Source of the DNA: Spongiibacter sp.
GTDB taxonomy: Bacteria > Pseudomonadota > Gammaproteobacteria > Pseudomonadales > Spongiibacteraceae
Assembly: GCF_041602295.1 (NCBI RefSeq)
Contig: NZ_JBFIGO010000003.1
Coordinates: 6,115 to 70,114 of the forward strand
Direction of reading: 5' to 3'
DNA length: 64,000 nt
Shown piece by piece: positions 34,421-44,630 of the stretch. The position numbers and the translations under genes were made by a program. The first letter of the stretch is position 1; each line of letters begins with the position of its first letter. The notes under the pieces were generated by a model, which did not search any database, was not told where the DNA came from, and saw only the letters and a list, made by a program, of their open reading frames with translations.

Positions 34421-34792
34421 TTAACCCTGGCCTTGCAGCTGCTCACGCAGCCACTGGCAGGCGCGCTCTCGCTCCGAAAACAGTTCCAGCCGCAGAGCAT
34501 GTTTGCGAGGCAGCGAACGTATGGTGTCAAAAATCATATCGCTGCGCCGCGAGTGGCGCACGATGGCAATGGCACATAATCCCGGCTCACTGCCAATATC
34601 GGCCTGAGCTTCAAACTGCATAGAAAAATCCAGACTGCCGGTCACTAACAGCGCGTAGCGCCGGGGACCACTGCTCGCCAGCCACAGGCGAAGTTCAGCT
34701 AGCGCATTTAGGTCAATTTCACTGCCCCGATCGACGACCAGTTCGACGATGTCGCCGTCGCGGCGCACACCGGCATAACTCAACCTCCACAT
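34421..34792 (-). CDS. Hypothetical protein, STAS/SpoIIAA-like fold suspected
   Basis: RBS AGGAGG before ATG 34792; AIAIV...ELFSERERACQWL C-terminus resembles the SpoIIAA-like F...EA..WL ending. Confidence 0.55.
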   Translation of the reverse strand: MWRLSYAGVRRDGDIVELVVDRGSEIDLNALAELRLWLASSGPRRYALLVTGSLDFSMQFEAQADIGSEPGLCAIAIVRHSRRSDMIFDTIRSLPRKHALRLELFSERERACQWLREQLQGQG

Positions 34793-35035
34793 TGCGCCCT
34801 CCTGGCCCAAAGCGGCTAGTTTAGGCGGCGCGACTATCAGGAAAAATAAGTAGTTGTCTCTAATCCAAAAATCACCGCCGCAGCCGACCCGGTTTTACGC
34901 GCCCCAGAGGGAGGAGCCGCATCATCGCCAAGGGCATGGCTTCAGGGCGTGATCGACGCCCGTCAAAATGCAGGGCCTTGCACCGCCAAACGACGATACC
35001 AATGCGCCTTACAAGGCACTGGCGCAATTCTCAGC

Positions 35036-35983
35036 TTAACCGTGTTCAATCATCTCCTGGCCCATTTCAACAATGCGGCGGCGCAGCCAAATATGGCCGG
35101 GATCGTGCTGCAGCAGTGGACTCCAGGCCAACTTGAGCTCAATAGGAATAATCATAAACGGCGGCTTGCGCACCGCCAGACGCGGATCATCGGCGTACAG
35201 CTTGGCGACCTGCGTCGGCAGGGTCGCGATCAAATCCGGGTGGCGCGCCAGCAGCGCCGCCACTTGGTAATGGCGGGTAAATACACGGATCTGCCGCTCG
35301 TGGCCGACTTCAGCCAGCGCCTCATCCACCCAGCCCAGACGCTGGCTGTCGCGGTGGCTCATACCGCGACCGACCCCCATGCCGGTTTTACTCACCCAGA
35401 TATGCGGCGCGGCGAGAAAGGCGTCCATATCAAAATTTTCCAGGGCCGAGTTCTCACTGCTCATCAAGCAGGAAAAACTGTCGCGCCACACCGTGGCCTG
35501 GTGAAAGGACTGGGGCAGACGGTCAAAGCGGTTGACCGCCATATCAATCTTGCCCTGCTCCAGATCCTGAAAGGTCACATCTGAGGGCGTGAGAATATCC
35601 AGGGTAATATTCGGTGCCTCGTCACGCAGCTTGAACAGCAGGCGGGTCAGCAACGTAGACTCAGCATAGTCACTGGCCATGACGCGGAAAACCCGCGTAC
35701 TTTTAGTGACTTCAAAATCGGAGACCGGCAGCACCGCCTGCTCCACCGAGGACAGAATATTGCGCACCTGCGGCTGCAGTTCCAGCGCCCGCTCGGTGGG
35801 CGTCATCCCCTCACTGGTGCGCACCAGCAGAGGGTCGTTGAACAGGTCGCGCAAGCGGCGCAGGCCATTGCTCAGTGCCGGCTGGGTAATCCCCAGTTGC
35901 TCGGCGGCCCGCGTGACATTTTTTTCGCGCAACAGCACGTCGAGATAGACCAACAGATTCAGGTCGATACGCGATAGATTCAT
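35036..35983 (-). CDS. LysR-family transcriptional regulator
   Basis: IDLNLLVYLDVLL.EKNVTRAAEQLGITQPALSNGLRRLR HTH plus substrate-binding domain. Confidence 0.93.
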   Translation of the reverse strand: MNLSRIDLNLLVYLDVLLREKNVTRAAEQLGITQPALSNGLRRLRDLFNDPLLVRTSEGMTPTERALELQPQVRNILSSVEQAVLPVSDFEVTKSTRVFRVMASDYAESTLLTRLLFKLRDEAPNITLDILTPSDVTFQDLEQGKIDMAVNRFDRLPQSFHQATVWRDSFSCLMSSENSALENFDMDAFLAAPHIWVSKTGMGVGRGMSHRDSQRLGWVDEALAEVGHERQIRVFTRHYQVAALLARHPDLIATLPTQVAKLYADDPRLAVRKPPFMIIPIELKLAWSPLLQHDPGHIWLRRRIVEMGQEMIEHG

Positions 35984-36072
35984 GGCGCTGATAGCTCCGC
36001 TAAATAGTATAATACGGCGTGATTATGGGCAGTTTTTCACCACTTCGCCAGCACAAGGGTTTGTTAGCAGGC

Positions 36073-36099
36073 AAAAAAAAGGCCCGGTAGAACCGGGCC
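36073..36099 (-). terminator. Terminator after glcB
   Basis: On the minus strand, GGCCCGG-TTCTA-CCGGGCC followed by T8. Confidence 0.8.
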
Positions 36100-36137
36100 A
36101 AGCCTCACTGACAGGAAATCGTTGAGGACCGAAGTCC

Positions 36138-38324
36138 TTAAGCGCCGTGCTTCGCTTTGTATTCGATACGGCGGCGGTGCAATACTGGTTCTGTGTAGCC
36201 ACTGGGTTGCTTGACACCTTCAAAAACCAGCTCGCAAGCGGCCTGGAAAGCCACACTATCGTCAAAGTTGGGCGCCATATTGCGGTAGCTTGCATCGCCG
36301 GCATTCTGGCGATCAACAACCGCTGCCATCCGCTGCATAGTTTCCATTACCTGCTCTTCACTGCAGATGCCGTGGCGCAACCAGTTGGCGATGTGCTGAC
36401 TGGAAATACGCAGTGTCGCGCGGTCTTCCATTAGGCCGACATCGTTAATATCGGGCACTTTTGAGCAGCCCACGCCGGCGTCTATCCAGCGCACCACATA
36501 ACCGAGGATGCCCTGGGCATTGTTATCCAGTTCGCTCTGGATCTCTTCGGCGCTCCAGTCGGTGTTCTCGGCGACCGGGATTGTCAGAATATCTTCCAAA
36601 GCGGCGCGCTGGCGATCAGCCAGCTGCTCTTGCTGGCTGCGCACATTCACTTCGTGGTAGTGCATTACGTGCAGGGTGGCCGCCGTGGGCGAAGGCACCC
36701 AGGCACAGTTGGCGCCAGCTTTAGGGTGGCCAATTTTGGCTTCCATCATCTGCGCCATTTCGTCGGGCATGGCCCACATGCCCTTACCGATTTGCGCCTT
36801 GCCGCTGAGACCACAGGCCAGACCGATATCGACGTTCCAGTCTTCGTAGGCCTTGATCCAAGCCTGTTGCTTCATGTCCGCCTTGCGGACAAAAGCGCCG
36901 GCTTCCATGCTGGTGTGGATTTCATCACCGGTGCGATCCAAAAAGCCGGTATTGATAAAGATCACGCGTTCACTGGCGGCGGCAATACAGGCCTTTAGGT
37001 TAACCGTGGTACGGCGCTCCTCATCCATGATGCCTATTTTCAGGGTATTGCGAGCCAGACCCAGAGCGTCTTCAACGCGGCCAAACAGCTCGGCGGCAAA
37101 AGCCACTTCTTCGGGGCCGTGCATTTTCGGCTTAACGATGTAAACGCTGCCGGTACGTGAGTTGCTCAGGCTGCCAGTCTTTTTCAAGTCGTGCATGGCC
37201 GCCAGTACGGTGACCATGGCGTCCATAATGCCCTCAGGGATTTCGTTGCCCTGTGCATCGATAATCGCGTTATTGGTCATCAGGTGACCGACGTTGCGCA
37301 CCAGCAGCAAGCTGCGGCCGTGCAGAACTTTTTCGCCGCCGTTGGGCGCGGTGAAGACGCGGTCTTCAGCCATGCGACGGGTCTGCTCTTTGCCACCTTT
37401 ACTAAAGGTTTCGCTGAGGTTGCCCTTCATCAGGCCCAGCCAGTTGCTGTAGGCCACGCACTTGTCTTCAGCGTCTACCGCGGCAACCGAGTCTTCACAG
37501 TCCTGAATGGTGGTCAGGGCAGATTCCAGACAAACATCTTTCACCTGAGCGGCATCGGTTTTGCCAATCGGGTGGCTGCCGTCAATCTGAATATCAATAT
37601 GCAGGCCGTTGTTAACCAACAGGATATTGCTGGGCGCAGCGGCATCGCCGATATAACCGGCAAATTTTTCCGGCGCTTGCAGACCGGTGCTGGCGCCATT
37701 GGCCAGGCTAACAACCAGACTGCCATTTTCTACTTTGTATGCCGTGGCATCGGCGTGGCTGCCTTCAGCCAGGGCAACATGCTTGTCGAGGAAGGCCTTG
37801 GCATAAGCGACAACTTTCTCACCGCGAACCGGGTTGTAAGCGCCAGCGCGCTCGGCACCGCCCTCTTCAGAAATCACATCGGTGCCGTACAGGGCATCGT
37901 AGAGGCTGCCCCAACGGGCATTGGCAGCGTTCAGGCCAAAGCGGGCATTCATCACCGGCACTACCAGCTGCGGGCCAGCCAGGGTGGCGATCTCTTGGTC
38001 GACGTTTTCAGTGGTAATGGCGAAATCGGCAGGCTCGGGCAGCAGATAACCCAGCTCTTCCAGGAAAGCTTTATATGCCGCCATATCCGGCTTACCAGGA
38101 TTGGCGCGGTGGTAGTCGTCAATCTTGGCCTGAATCTCGTCTCGCTTGGCGAGCAGGGCTTTGTTCTTGGGCGCCAGATCAGCGACAATCGCGGCCAGCG
38201 CAGACCAGAACGCATCGGGCTCGACACCGGTACCCGGGGCAACTTGCTCATTCACCAGACGGTACAAGACCTCGGCAATCTGAAGACCACTGTGTTCTAC
38301 CCGGTTGATTTGCTGCGCGGACAT
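36138..38324 (-). CDS. glcB: Malate synthase G
   Basis: [45 protein letters not shown] and [12 protein letters not shown] motifs. Confidence 0.97.
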   Translation of the reverse strand: MSAQQINRVEHSGLQIAEVLYRLVNEQVAPGTGVEPDAFWSALAAIVADLAPKNKALLAKRDEIQAKIDDYHRANPGKPDMAAYKAFLEELGYLLPEPADFAITTENVDQEIATLAGPQLVVPVMNARFGLNAANARWGSLYDALYGTDVISEEGGAERAGAYNPVRGEKVVAYAKAFLDKHVALAEGSHADATAYKVENGSLVVSLANGASTGLQAPEKFAGYIGDAAAPSNILLVNNGLHIDIQIDGSHPIGKTDAAQVKDVCLESALTTIQDCEDSVAAVDAEDKCVAYSNWLGLMKGNLSETFSKGGKEQTRRMAEDRVFTAPNGGEKVLHGRSLLLVRNVGHLMTNNAIIDAQGNEIPEGIMDAMVTVLAAMHDLKKTGSLSNSRTGSVYIVKPKMHGPEEVAFAAELFGRVEDALGLARNTLKIGIMDEERRTTVNLKACIAAASERVIFINTGFLDRTGDEIHTSMEAGAFVRKADMKQQAWIKAYEDWNVDIGLACGLSGKAQIGKGMWAMPDEMAQMMEAKIGHPKAGANCAWVPSPTAATLHVMHYHEVNVRSQQEQLADRQRAALEDILTIPVAENTDWSAEEIQSELDNNAQGILGYVVRWIDAGVGCSKVPDINDVGLMEDRATLRISSQHIANWLRHGICSEEQVMETMQRMAAVVDRQNAGDASYRNMAPNFDDSVAFQAACELVFEGVKQPSGYTEPVLHRRRIEYKAKHGA

Positions 38325-38600
38325 CTGCCACTCCTTCTAGCGTCGGTGAGTCTAAAAACCGCCCTTAATAATAAGAAGCATGAATGTTATCGGCTAACAC
38401 ATGCAAAACAGAGATAACGGCCTAGGTGGACATCCTAGCTACCCGCCAATAATTTCACAAATATATCCACATTATGCTTGTTATTCATTTATTAAATAAT
38501 GGATGGCCGGCAGGCCCCGCAGCAATATATTAATATAGGAATTGCTTCCACAAGCGAACCAGCACAACACCCCATCAATATTTCCAGTGAAAATACCGAA

Positions 38601-38613
38601 TATAGAGTCTATA
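38601..38613. promoter_or_regulatory. Candidate LysR-type operator (T-N11-A palindrome)
   Basis: TATAGA-G-TCTATA perfect dyad in the AT-rich glcB/aceA divergent spacer, about 75 bp upstream of aceA. Confidence 0.4.
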
Positions 38614-38688
38614 AATTAGAAAAATCAATATGCCGCGAGTAAACTAGCCAGCGTTAAACCACCCACTGCAATGAAAAAGGGACCGCAT

Positions 38689-40284
38689 ATGTCATCGTTA
38701 GAAGCAGACATCCAATCCATCGCCGGACTTAAAGAGCAAGCCGGCAGCCCATGGGATGCTATCAACCCCGAATCTGCCGCGCGCATGCGTGCTCAGAACA
38801 AATTCAAAACCGGTCTGGACATTGCCAAGTACACCGCTGGCATCATGCGTCGCGACATGGCCGAGTTCGACAAAGACAAAACCAAGTACACTCAGTCTCT
38901 GGGCTGCTGGCACGGTTTTGTTGGTCAGCAAAAGCTGATCTCTATCAAAAAGCACTTCGGCTCAACTGAACGTCGCTACCTCTACCTGTCTGGCTGGATG
39001 GTTGCCGCACTGCGCTCTAGCTTCGGTCCTCTGCCCGACCAGTCTATGCACGAAAAAACCGTTGTTGCCGACCTGGTAAGAGAGCTGTACACCTTCCTGC
39101 GCCAAGCTGACGCACGCGAGCTGGGCGGTCTGTTCCGCGAGCTGGACGCTGCACGCGAAGCTGGCGACAGCGCCAAAGAAGCTGAAATTCAAAGCAAAAT
39201 CGACAACCACGAAACCCACGTTGTGCCCATCGTTGCCGACATCGATGCCGGTTTCGGTAACGCTGAAGCGACTTACCTGATGGCCAAGCAAATGATCGAA
39301 GCCGGTGCTTGCTGCCTGCAGATCGAAAACCAGGTTGCCGATGAGAAGCAGTGTGGTCACCAGGACGGCAAAGTAACCGTTCCCCACGCCGACTTCCATG
39401 CCAAGCTGCGCGCACTGCGTTACGCATTCCTTGAGCTGGGTGTTGATGACGGTGTTATCGTTGCACGTACCGACTCTGAAGGCGCTGGCCTGACTAAAGA
39501 GATCGCTGTTGTTCGCGAACCAGGCGACCAGGGTGACGTTTACAACTCCTTCCTGGATTGCGAAGAAGTTTCTCCAGAAGACACTGCTGAAGGTGATGTA
39601 CTGATCAGCCGCAACGGCAAGCTGGTTCGTCCTAAGCGTCTGCCTTCCGGTCTGTACCAGTTCCGCCAGGGCACTGGCCACGAGCGTTGCGTATTTGACT
39701 GCATCGAAGCCATCAACGCTGGCGCTGACCTGCTGTGGATCGAAACTGCCGTACCAACTGTCCACGAAATCAAGGGCATGATGGACGAGATTCGCAAGGT
39801 TCACCCTGATGCGAAACTGGTTTACAACAACTCGCCTTCGTTCAACTGGACGCTGAACTTCCGTCAGCAGACTTACGATGCATGGGCGGCTGAAGGCAAA
39901 GACGTTTCCGCTTACGACCGCGCCAACCTGATGTCTGCTGAGTACGACGACTCTGAACTGTCTGCTGCGGCTGATGCACGTGTACGTACCTTCCAGGCAG
40001 ATACTGCCCGCGAAGCAAACGTATTCCACCACCTGATCACTCTGCCGACTTACCACACTACAGCACTGTCTGTAGACAACCTGGCGAAAGAGTACTTCGG
40101 TGACAAAGCGATGCTGGGTTACGTTGAAGGCGTACAGCGCAAAGAGATCCGTCAGGGTATCGCCTGCGTTAAGCACCAGAACATGGCTGGCTCCGACCTG
40201 GGCGACGACCACAAAGAGTACTACGCAGGTGAAATGGCGCTGAAAGCCGGCGGTGAGAAAAACACCTCTAATCAGTTCGGCTAA
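38689..40284 (+). CDS. aceA: Isocitrate lyase (Pseudomonas-type, about 530 aa)
   Basis: YLSGWMVAA, ADIDAGFG, KQCGHQDGK active-site loop and YNNSPSFNW motifs; strongly biased codon usage. Confidence 0.96.
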   Translation: MSSLEADIQSIAGLKEQAGSPWDAINPESAARMRAQNKFKTGLDIAKYTAGIMRRDMAEFDKDKTKYTQSLGCWHGFVGQQKLISIKKHFGSTERRYLYLSGWMVAALRSSFGPLPDQSMHEKTVVADLVRELYTFLRQADARELGGLFRELDAAREAGDSAKEAEIQSKIDNHETHVVPIVADIDAGFGNAEATYLMAKQMIEAGACCLQIENQVADEKQCGHQDGKVTVPHADFHAKLRALRYAFLELGVDDGVIVARTDSEGAGLTKEIAVVREPGDQGDVYNSFLDCEEVSPEDTAEGDVLISRNGKLVRPKRLPSGLYQFRQGTGHERCVFDCIEAINAGADLLWIETAVPTVHEIKGMMDEIRKVHPDAKLVYNNSPSFNWTLNFRQQTYDAWAAEGKDVSAYDRANLMSAEYDDSELSAAADARVRTFQADTAREANVFHHLITLPTYHTTALSVDNLAKEYFGDKAMLGYVEGVQRKEIRQGIACVKHQNMAGSDLGDDHKEYYAGEMALKAGGEKNTSNQFG

Positions 40285-40352
40285 TCTGAACAAGTGTTAA
40301 GCAAAGTGCCCTGCAATTAGCGACACGCAGGGCACAGCGCACTTGCGAACAT

Positions 40353-40386
40353 AAAGGCGACACCTTTAAAAGGGGTCGCCTTTTTT
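40353..40386 (+). terminator. Terminator after aceA
   Basis: AAAGGCGAC...GTCGCC-TTTTTT. Confidence 0.8.
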
Positions 40387-40514
40387 GTGGACAGAATCAT
40401 CTTAATCAGCGAATCGCAGGCCTTTTAGAGCCCGCCGAGATATTGCTAAGCTGTGCAAAGCTTCCCTAAACTTCTAGATGCCTTCCATCTCAAACCGACT
40501 GTGTAACTTCGACT

Positions 40515-41078
40515 ATGACTGACACACCAGATTTTCTTAAAGATGCTAGCGCTTTATTAAGCGAACAGGGCTTTACCACCAGCAGCACTTGGTATCACGG
40601 TACCTCTTCGGCTCTGGTTGACGCCATCATGGAACAGGGCTTAAAACGCTCCGGCGACAAGGCACTGAAACAAGCCGCAAAACAAACCATGGCCACTATC
40701 GGCAATAGCTATGCCGAATCCATTGAGCCGGTCTTTTTAACGCAGAGCAAAGAGTTAGCTTTTTACTGGGCCGAGCAAACCGTAAGAGAGCGCAGCGTCC
40801 GGTTTCAAGGCAAGGAACAGCCGGTTGTACTTGCGGTAACACTTCCTGAAGAATTGAATACCAAAGTTAAACCCGATGTGGGCGCCGCCAGCTTATTGTT
40901 AGTCGAAGAGGGCGAGAAATTTATGGCTTATCTGGCAGGTATTTACCAAGCTAACCAGTTCGACGCGCCCGAAATAGACCTGATGAAAGCCGACCGCTTA
41001 GAGTACTTAAATAAATTGGGCATGGCGTATTACGATGCGGATATTAGTGCATCATATCTCAATGTAGTCACAGGCTAA
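40515..41078 (+). CDS. Hypothetical protein, ADP-ribosyltransferase/Tpt1-like fold suspected
   Basis: WYHGTS...IMEQGL and VFLT...A.YWA motifs; AT-richer than its neighbours. Confidence 0.6.
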   Translation: MTDTPDFLKDASALLSEQGFTTSSTWYHGTSSALVDAIMEQGLKRSGDKALKQAAKQTMATIGNSYAESIEPVFLTQSKELAFYWAEQTVRERSVRFQGKEQPVVLAVTLPEELNTKVKPDVGAASLLLVEEGEKFMAYLAGIYQANQFDAPEIDLMKADRLEYLNKLGMAYYDADISASYLNVVTG

Positions 41079-41151
41079 GCCCAGACCCAAGCTGAACAAT
41101 TAATTCCATGCTCAGCGCCAACCCTACCGCTTCGAGCCCCGGAGGAAAATC

Positions 41152-41634
41152 ATGCCCATCTCTACACCCGATCTCTGCGACGAATTCGGCGACGACGTCC
41201 GCGTTCTTGAACTGCCCCTACGCCACTACGGTGCCACACGCAATTTTGGCGGCGAAGTAGTCACCGTTAAATGTTTTGAAGACAACTCTCTGGTTGCCGA
41301 GCAGGTAAAACAGCCGGGTGAAGGCCGGGTATTAGTCGTTGATGGCGGCGGCTCGGTGCGGCGCTCACTGCTGGGCGACAACCTGGCCGGCGCCGCAGTT
41401 AAGAATGGCTGGAGCGGTATTATCATTTACGGCTATTTGCGCGATGTCGAAGAGATAGCACCAATGCCTCTGGGCGTCCTGGCGCTGGGCAGCGTGCCGC
41501 GCAAAACGGAAAAACGCAACGAGGGCCAGCTAAATGTTGCCCTGCATTTCGGCGGCACCCACATTCAAGCCGGCGACTATGTTTACGCCGACGACACCGG
41601 TGTTATCTTCTCTGCCAAAGCACTGGTAAGCTAA
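41152..41634 (+). CDS. rraA: RraA-like / HMG aldolase-family protein
   Basis: TPDLCD, FGGEVVTVKCFEDNSLV, VDGGGS.R..LLGDN and G..RDV motifs. Confidence 0.88.
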   Translation: MPISTPDLCDEFGDDVRVLELPLRHYGATRNFGGEVVTVKCFEDNSLVAEQVKQPGEGRVLVVDGGGSVRRSLLGDNLAGAAVKNGWSGIIIYGYLRDVEEIAPMPLGVLALGSVPRKTEKRNEGQLNVALHFGGTHIQAGDYVYADDTGVIFSAKALVS

Positions 41635-41689
41635 GCCTCAAACCGGGCGCCCCAGGGTGCCCGGCAAACAGAATAACAAGGGGAATACG

Positions 41690-42724
41690 ATGAAACTGGG
41701 ACTTCTACTAGGTTACTCCGGCAAGCAACTAAAGTTGCCGATGGACGATATCAAACACGCCGAGTCGTTGGGCTTTGACTCTGTCTGGACCGCCGAAGCC
41801 TACGGCTCCGATGCCGTCAGCCCGGCGGCATGGATTCTGGCGCAAACTGACAAAATCAAAGTCGGCACCGCCATCATGCAAATGCCGGCGCGCAGCCCTG
41901 CGATGACCGCCATGACCGCCATGAGCCTGGACTCACTGTCCGGCGGACGCTTCATCGTCGGCCTTGGCGCCTCCGGCCCACAGGTCGTGGAAGGCTGGCA
42001 CGGTGTGCCCTACGGCAAACCCGTGACCCGCACCCGCGAATATATCCAGATTATGAAACAGATCTTCGAACGCCAAGGCCCGCTGGAATTTGACGGCAAG
42101 ATGTACCAGATCCCCAACAAGGGTGAAGGCACTACCGGCCTGGGCAAGGCGCTGAAATCGATTCTGCACGGCGACCCCAATATCCCCATTTACACCGCCT
42201 CGATCACCCCCGCCGGCGTTGCGGCCTCGGCGGAAGTGGCCGACGGCGTCTTCCCCGTATGGATGAGTCCCGACAAGTATTCAGTGCTGGAGCCCGCCAT
42301 TAACAAAGGCCTGGAAAAGAGCGGCCGCACAAAAGCCGACTTTGATGTCGCGCCCTTTGTTGGCGTCATTATGGACGACAACCTCGACGGCTGCCGCCAC
42401 TTCATCAAGGACTTCCTGTCGCTGTATATCGGCGGCATGGGCGCCAAGGGCAAAAACTTCTACACCGACTACGCCACTCGCATGGGCTACGGCGATGCCG
42501 CCGAGAAGGTTCAAGACCTGTACCTGGCGGGCAAAAAAGATGAGGCCCGGGAAGCCGTACCCAACGAGCTGGTCGATGAAGTCGCCCTGGTGGGCCCCGA
42601 GGCACGCATCCGCGAGCGCGCCAAAGACTGGAAAGCCGCCAACCAGCGCGGCGAGGTCGGCACCATGATCCTCAACTGCCAGCAGGCCGAGGCCCGCGAA
42701 GTGATGGCTGACTGCTTCCTATAG
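41690..42724 (+). CDS. LLM-class oxidoreductase (Rv3520c-like, putatively F420-dependent)
   Basis: WTAEAYGSDA and GTAIMQMPARSPAMTAMTA.SLD.LSGGRF..GLG.SGPQV.EGWHG motifs. Confidence 0.85.
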   Translation: MKLGLLLGYSGKQLKLPMDDIKHAESLGFDSVWTAEAYGSDAVSPAAWILAQTDKIKVGTAIMQMPARSPAMTAMTAMSLDSLSGGRFIVGLGASGPQVVEGWHGVPYGKPVTRTREYIQIMKQIFERQGPLEFDGKMYQIPNKGEGTTGLGKALKSILHGDPNIPIYTASITPAGVAASAEVADGVFPVWMSPDKYSVLEPAINKGLEKSGRTKADFDVAPFVGVIMDDNLDGCRHFIKDFLSLYIGGMGAKGKNFYTDYATRMGYGDAAEKVQDLYLAGKKDEAREAVPNELVDEVALVGPEARIRERAKDWKAANQRGEVGTMILNCQQAEAREVMADCFL

Positions 42725-42832
42725 ATCGCAAACCGGGAGTATCCCACCCCCGCCGCCCGACTTCGCTTTTACGGCAAAGTCGGGCAAACTCTCCAGCACT
42801 GCCCTCGCCGATGTAACAGGACCCGATACGCA

Positions 42833-44563
42833 ATGACCGCCGTCACCCGCCGCCTCGCCATGGCCATACTCAATGGCTTTGACGCCTTTTTCGCCGAGTT
42901 TAAAAATATCACTCTCGGCGCCCAGGCCCGCTTTGAGGCCGCCGACTGGCACGGCTCGCAGCGGGCCATGCGCGCCCGACTGGAACTGTGGAAGCAAAAA
43001 CGCTCCATCGTTGCCGAAGCGGCCTACACCATCACCGGGGGGAGCGTGGAAAACCGCGACCATTGGGAAATTGCCAAGCAAGAGTATGCGGAGCTTATCC
43101 AGAACCACGACAACTACGAGATCGCCCAGTCCTTCTTCAATTCGATCTACTGCCACGTATTCAAGCACGAAAAAATCCGCGACCTACATACTTTCGCGAC
43201 CACCCCGGTCGGCCATCGCGGCCCCATCGACAGCGACTCAATCCTGCGGCGCTACCGCTTCGACGGCAATAACGCCGCCGACATCGTTCGCCAACTGCTC
43301 AATAACTGCGAATTCAATATCCCCTGGGAGGACCTCGACCGCGACATCAGCTTCATCATGCATGAAGTCAATCAGCAGCTGATGCCCCGAGTCCCCGAGG
43401 GCGGTGACGACATCTGGGTAGAAACCCTGGAGTCACTGTTTTTCCGCAATAAGGCCGCCTACCTGGTCGGCCGGGTCTACAGCGGCAACTTCAGCAAGCC
43501 CTTTGTACTGCCCATTCTGCACTCCGAGGAGCGCTCGCTGTTTGTCGACACCCTGCTGCACGACCCCGACGACATCTCGATCCTGTTCAGCTTCAGCCGC
43601 AGCTACTTTATGGTCGACGCCTCCATTCCCTCGGAATACGTCGCCTTTCTGCGCCGCTTGATGCCGCACAAAGAAGTGTTTGAACTGTACAACGCCCTGG
43701 GCATGCCCAAGCACGGCAAGACTGAGTTCTTTCGCTTTGCCGTCAATGAAACCGTCAACAGCGAAGCACCCTATGTGATCGCGCCGGGCATCAAGGGCAT
43801 GGTAATGCTGGTATTCACCCGCCCCGATTTCGGCTACGTATACAAAGTCATCAAGGACAAATTCACCCCACCCAAGGAAATGAGCCGGGAACACGTCAAA
43901 AAGTGCTACAGCCTGGTAAAACGCTGGGATCGCGGCGGCCGTATGGCCGACACCCAGGAATTCAACAACCTGGCCTTTGACCGCCGCCGCTTCTCCGATG
44001 AACTGATGGCCGAACTCTACAAAGAGGCGCCCTCGCTGATCGAAGAACACGGCAATGTGTTGATCCTTAAGCACGTGTATATCGAGCGCAAGATGATTCC
44101 GCTCAACCTCTACCTGAAAGACTGCAACGAACAGCAGCTGTACAGCGTGATGGACGAGTATGGCAGCGCCATCAAGCAGCTGGCCGCCGGCAACATCTTC
44201 CCCGGCGACATGCTGCTGAAGAACTTCGGCGTTACCCGCCACGGCCGCGTGGTGTTCTACGACTACGACGAAATCTGCCCGCTGACCGACTGCAATTTCC
44301 GCAGCCTGCCGGAGCCCAAAACCGAGGAGCAGGCCATGGCCACCCAACCTTGGTACGAGGTGAATCCCGAGGATGTCTTCCCGGAGGAATTCCGGCTGTT
44401 TTTCTCGGGCAACCAGCGCGCCAAAAAAGTCTTCGACGAGCTGCACAGCGACCTCTACGACCCGGCATACTGGCGAGAGCTGCAAGACAAGATTCGCGCC
44501 GGCTACGTCGCCGACGTATTCCCCTACCGCAAGAAGCAGCGCTTCCAGCAACGACCACACTGA
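42833..44563 (+). CDS. aceK: Isocitrate dehydrogenase kinase/phosphatase
   Basis: APGIKGMVM.VF, VYKVIKDKF, GRMADTQEF, IFPGDMLLKNFGVTRHGRVVFYDYDE motifs. Confidence 0.96.
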   Translation: MTAVTRRLAMAILNGFDAFFAEFKNITLGAQARFEAADWHGSQRAMRARLELWKQKRSIVAEAAYTITGGSVENRDHWEIAKQEYAELIQNHDNYEIAQSFFNSIYCHVFKHEKIRDLHTFATTPVGHRGPIDSDSILRRYRFDGNNAADIVRQLLNNCEFNIPWEDLDRDISFIMHEVNQQLMPRVPEGGDDIWVETLESLFFRNKAAYLVGRVYSGNFSKPFVLPILHSEERSLFVDTLLHDPDDISILFSFSRSYFMVDASIPSEYVAFLRRLMPHKEVFELYNALGMPKHGKTEFFRFAVNETVNSEAPYVIAPGIKGMVMLVFTRPDFGYVYKVIKDKFTPPKEMSREHVKKCYSLVKRWDRGGRMADTQEFNNLAFDRRRFSDELMAELYKEAPSLIEEHGNVLILKHVYIERKMIPLNLYLKDCNEQQLYSVMDEYGSAIKQLAAGNIFPGDMLLKNFGVTRHGRVVFYDYDEICPLTDCNFRSLPEPKTEEQAMATQPWYEVNPEDVFPEEFRLFFSGNQRAKKVFDELHSDLYDPAYWRELQDKIRAGYVADVFPYRKKQRFQQRPH

Positions 44564-44573
44564 GCCCACAAAC

Positions 44574-44601
44574 AAAAACGGCGCCATCTCGCGCCGTTTT
44601 T
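44574..44601. terminator. Bidirectional terminator between aceK and dtd
   Basis: AAAAACGGCGC-CATCTC-GCGCCGTTTTT. Confidence 0.8.
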
Positions 44602-44630
44602 GCTGCCGCTCTTTCAGCCCACGCGACTCA

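Noticed and set aside
34177-34623. 148-aa plus-strand ORF in the slyD upstream gap
   Set aside because: Ala/Arg/Pro-rich, overlaps the better-supported minus-strand gene, no motifs.
38962-40293. 443-aa ORF antisense to aceA (likewise 37191-38417, 45210-46886, 50456-51943, 43433-44587, 26896-27900 and others)
   Set aside because: Shadow frames of strongly codon-biased genes in GC-rich DNA; no motifs, no RBS, and fully overlapping clear core genes.
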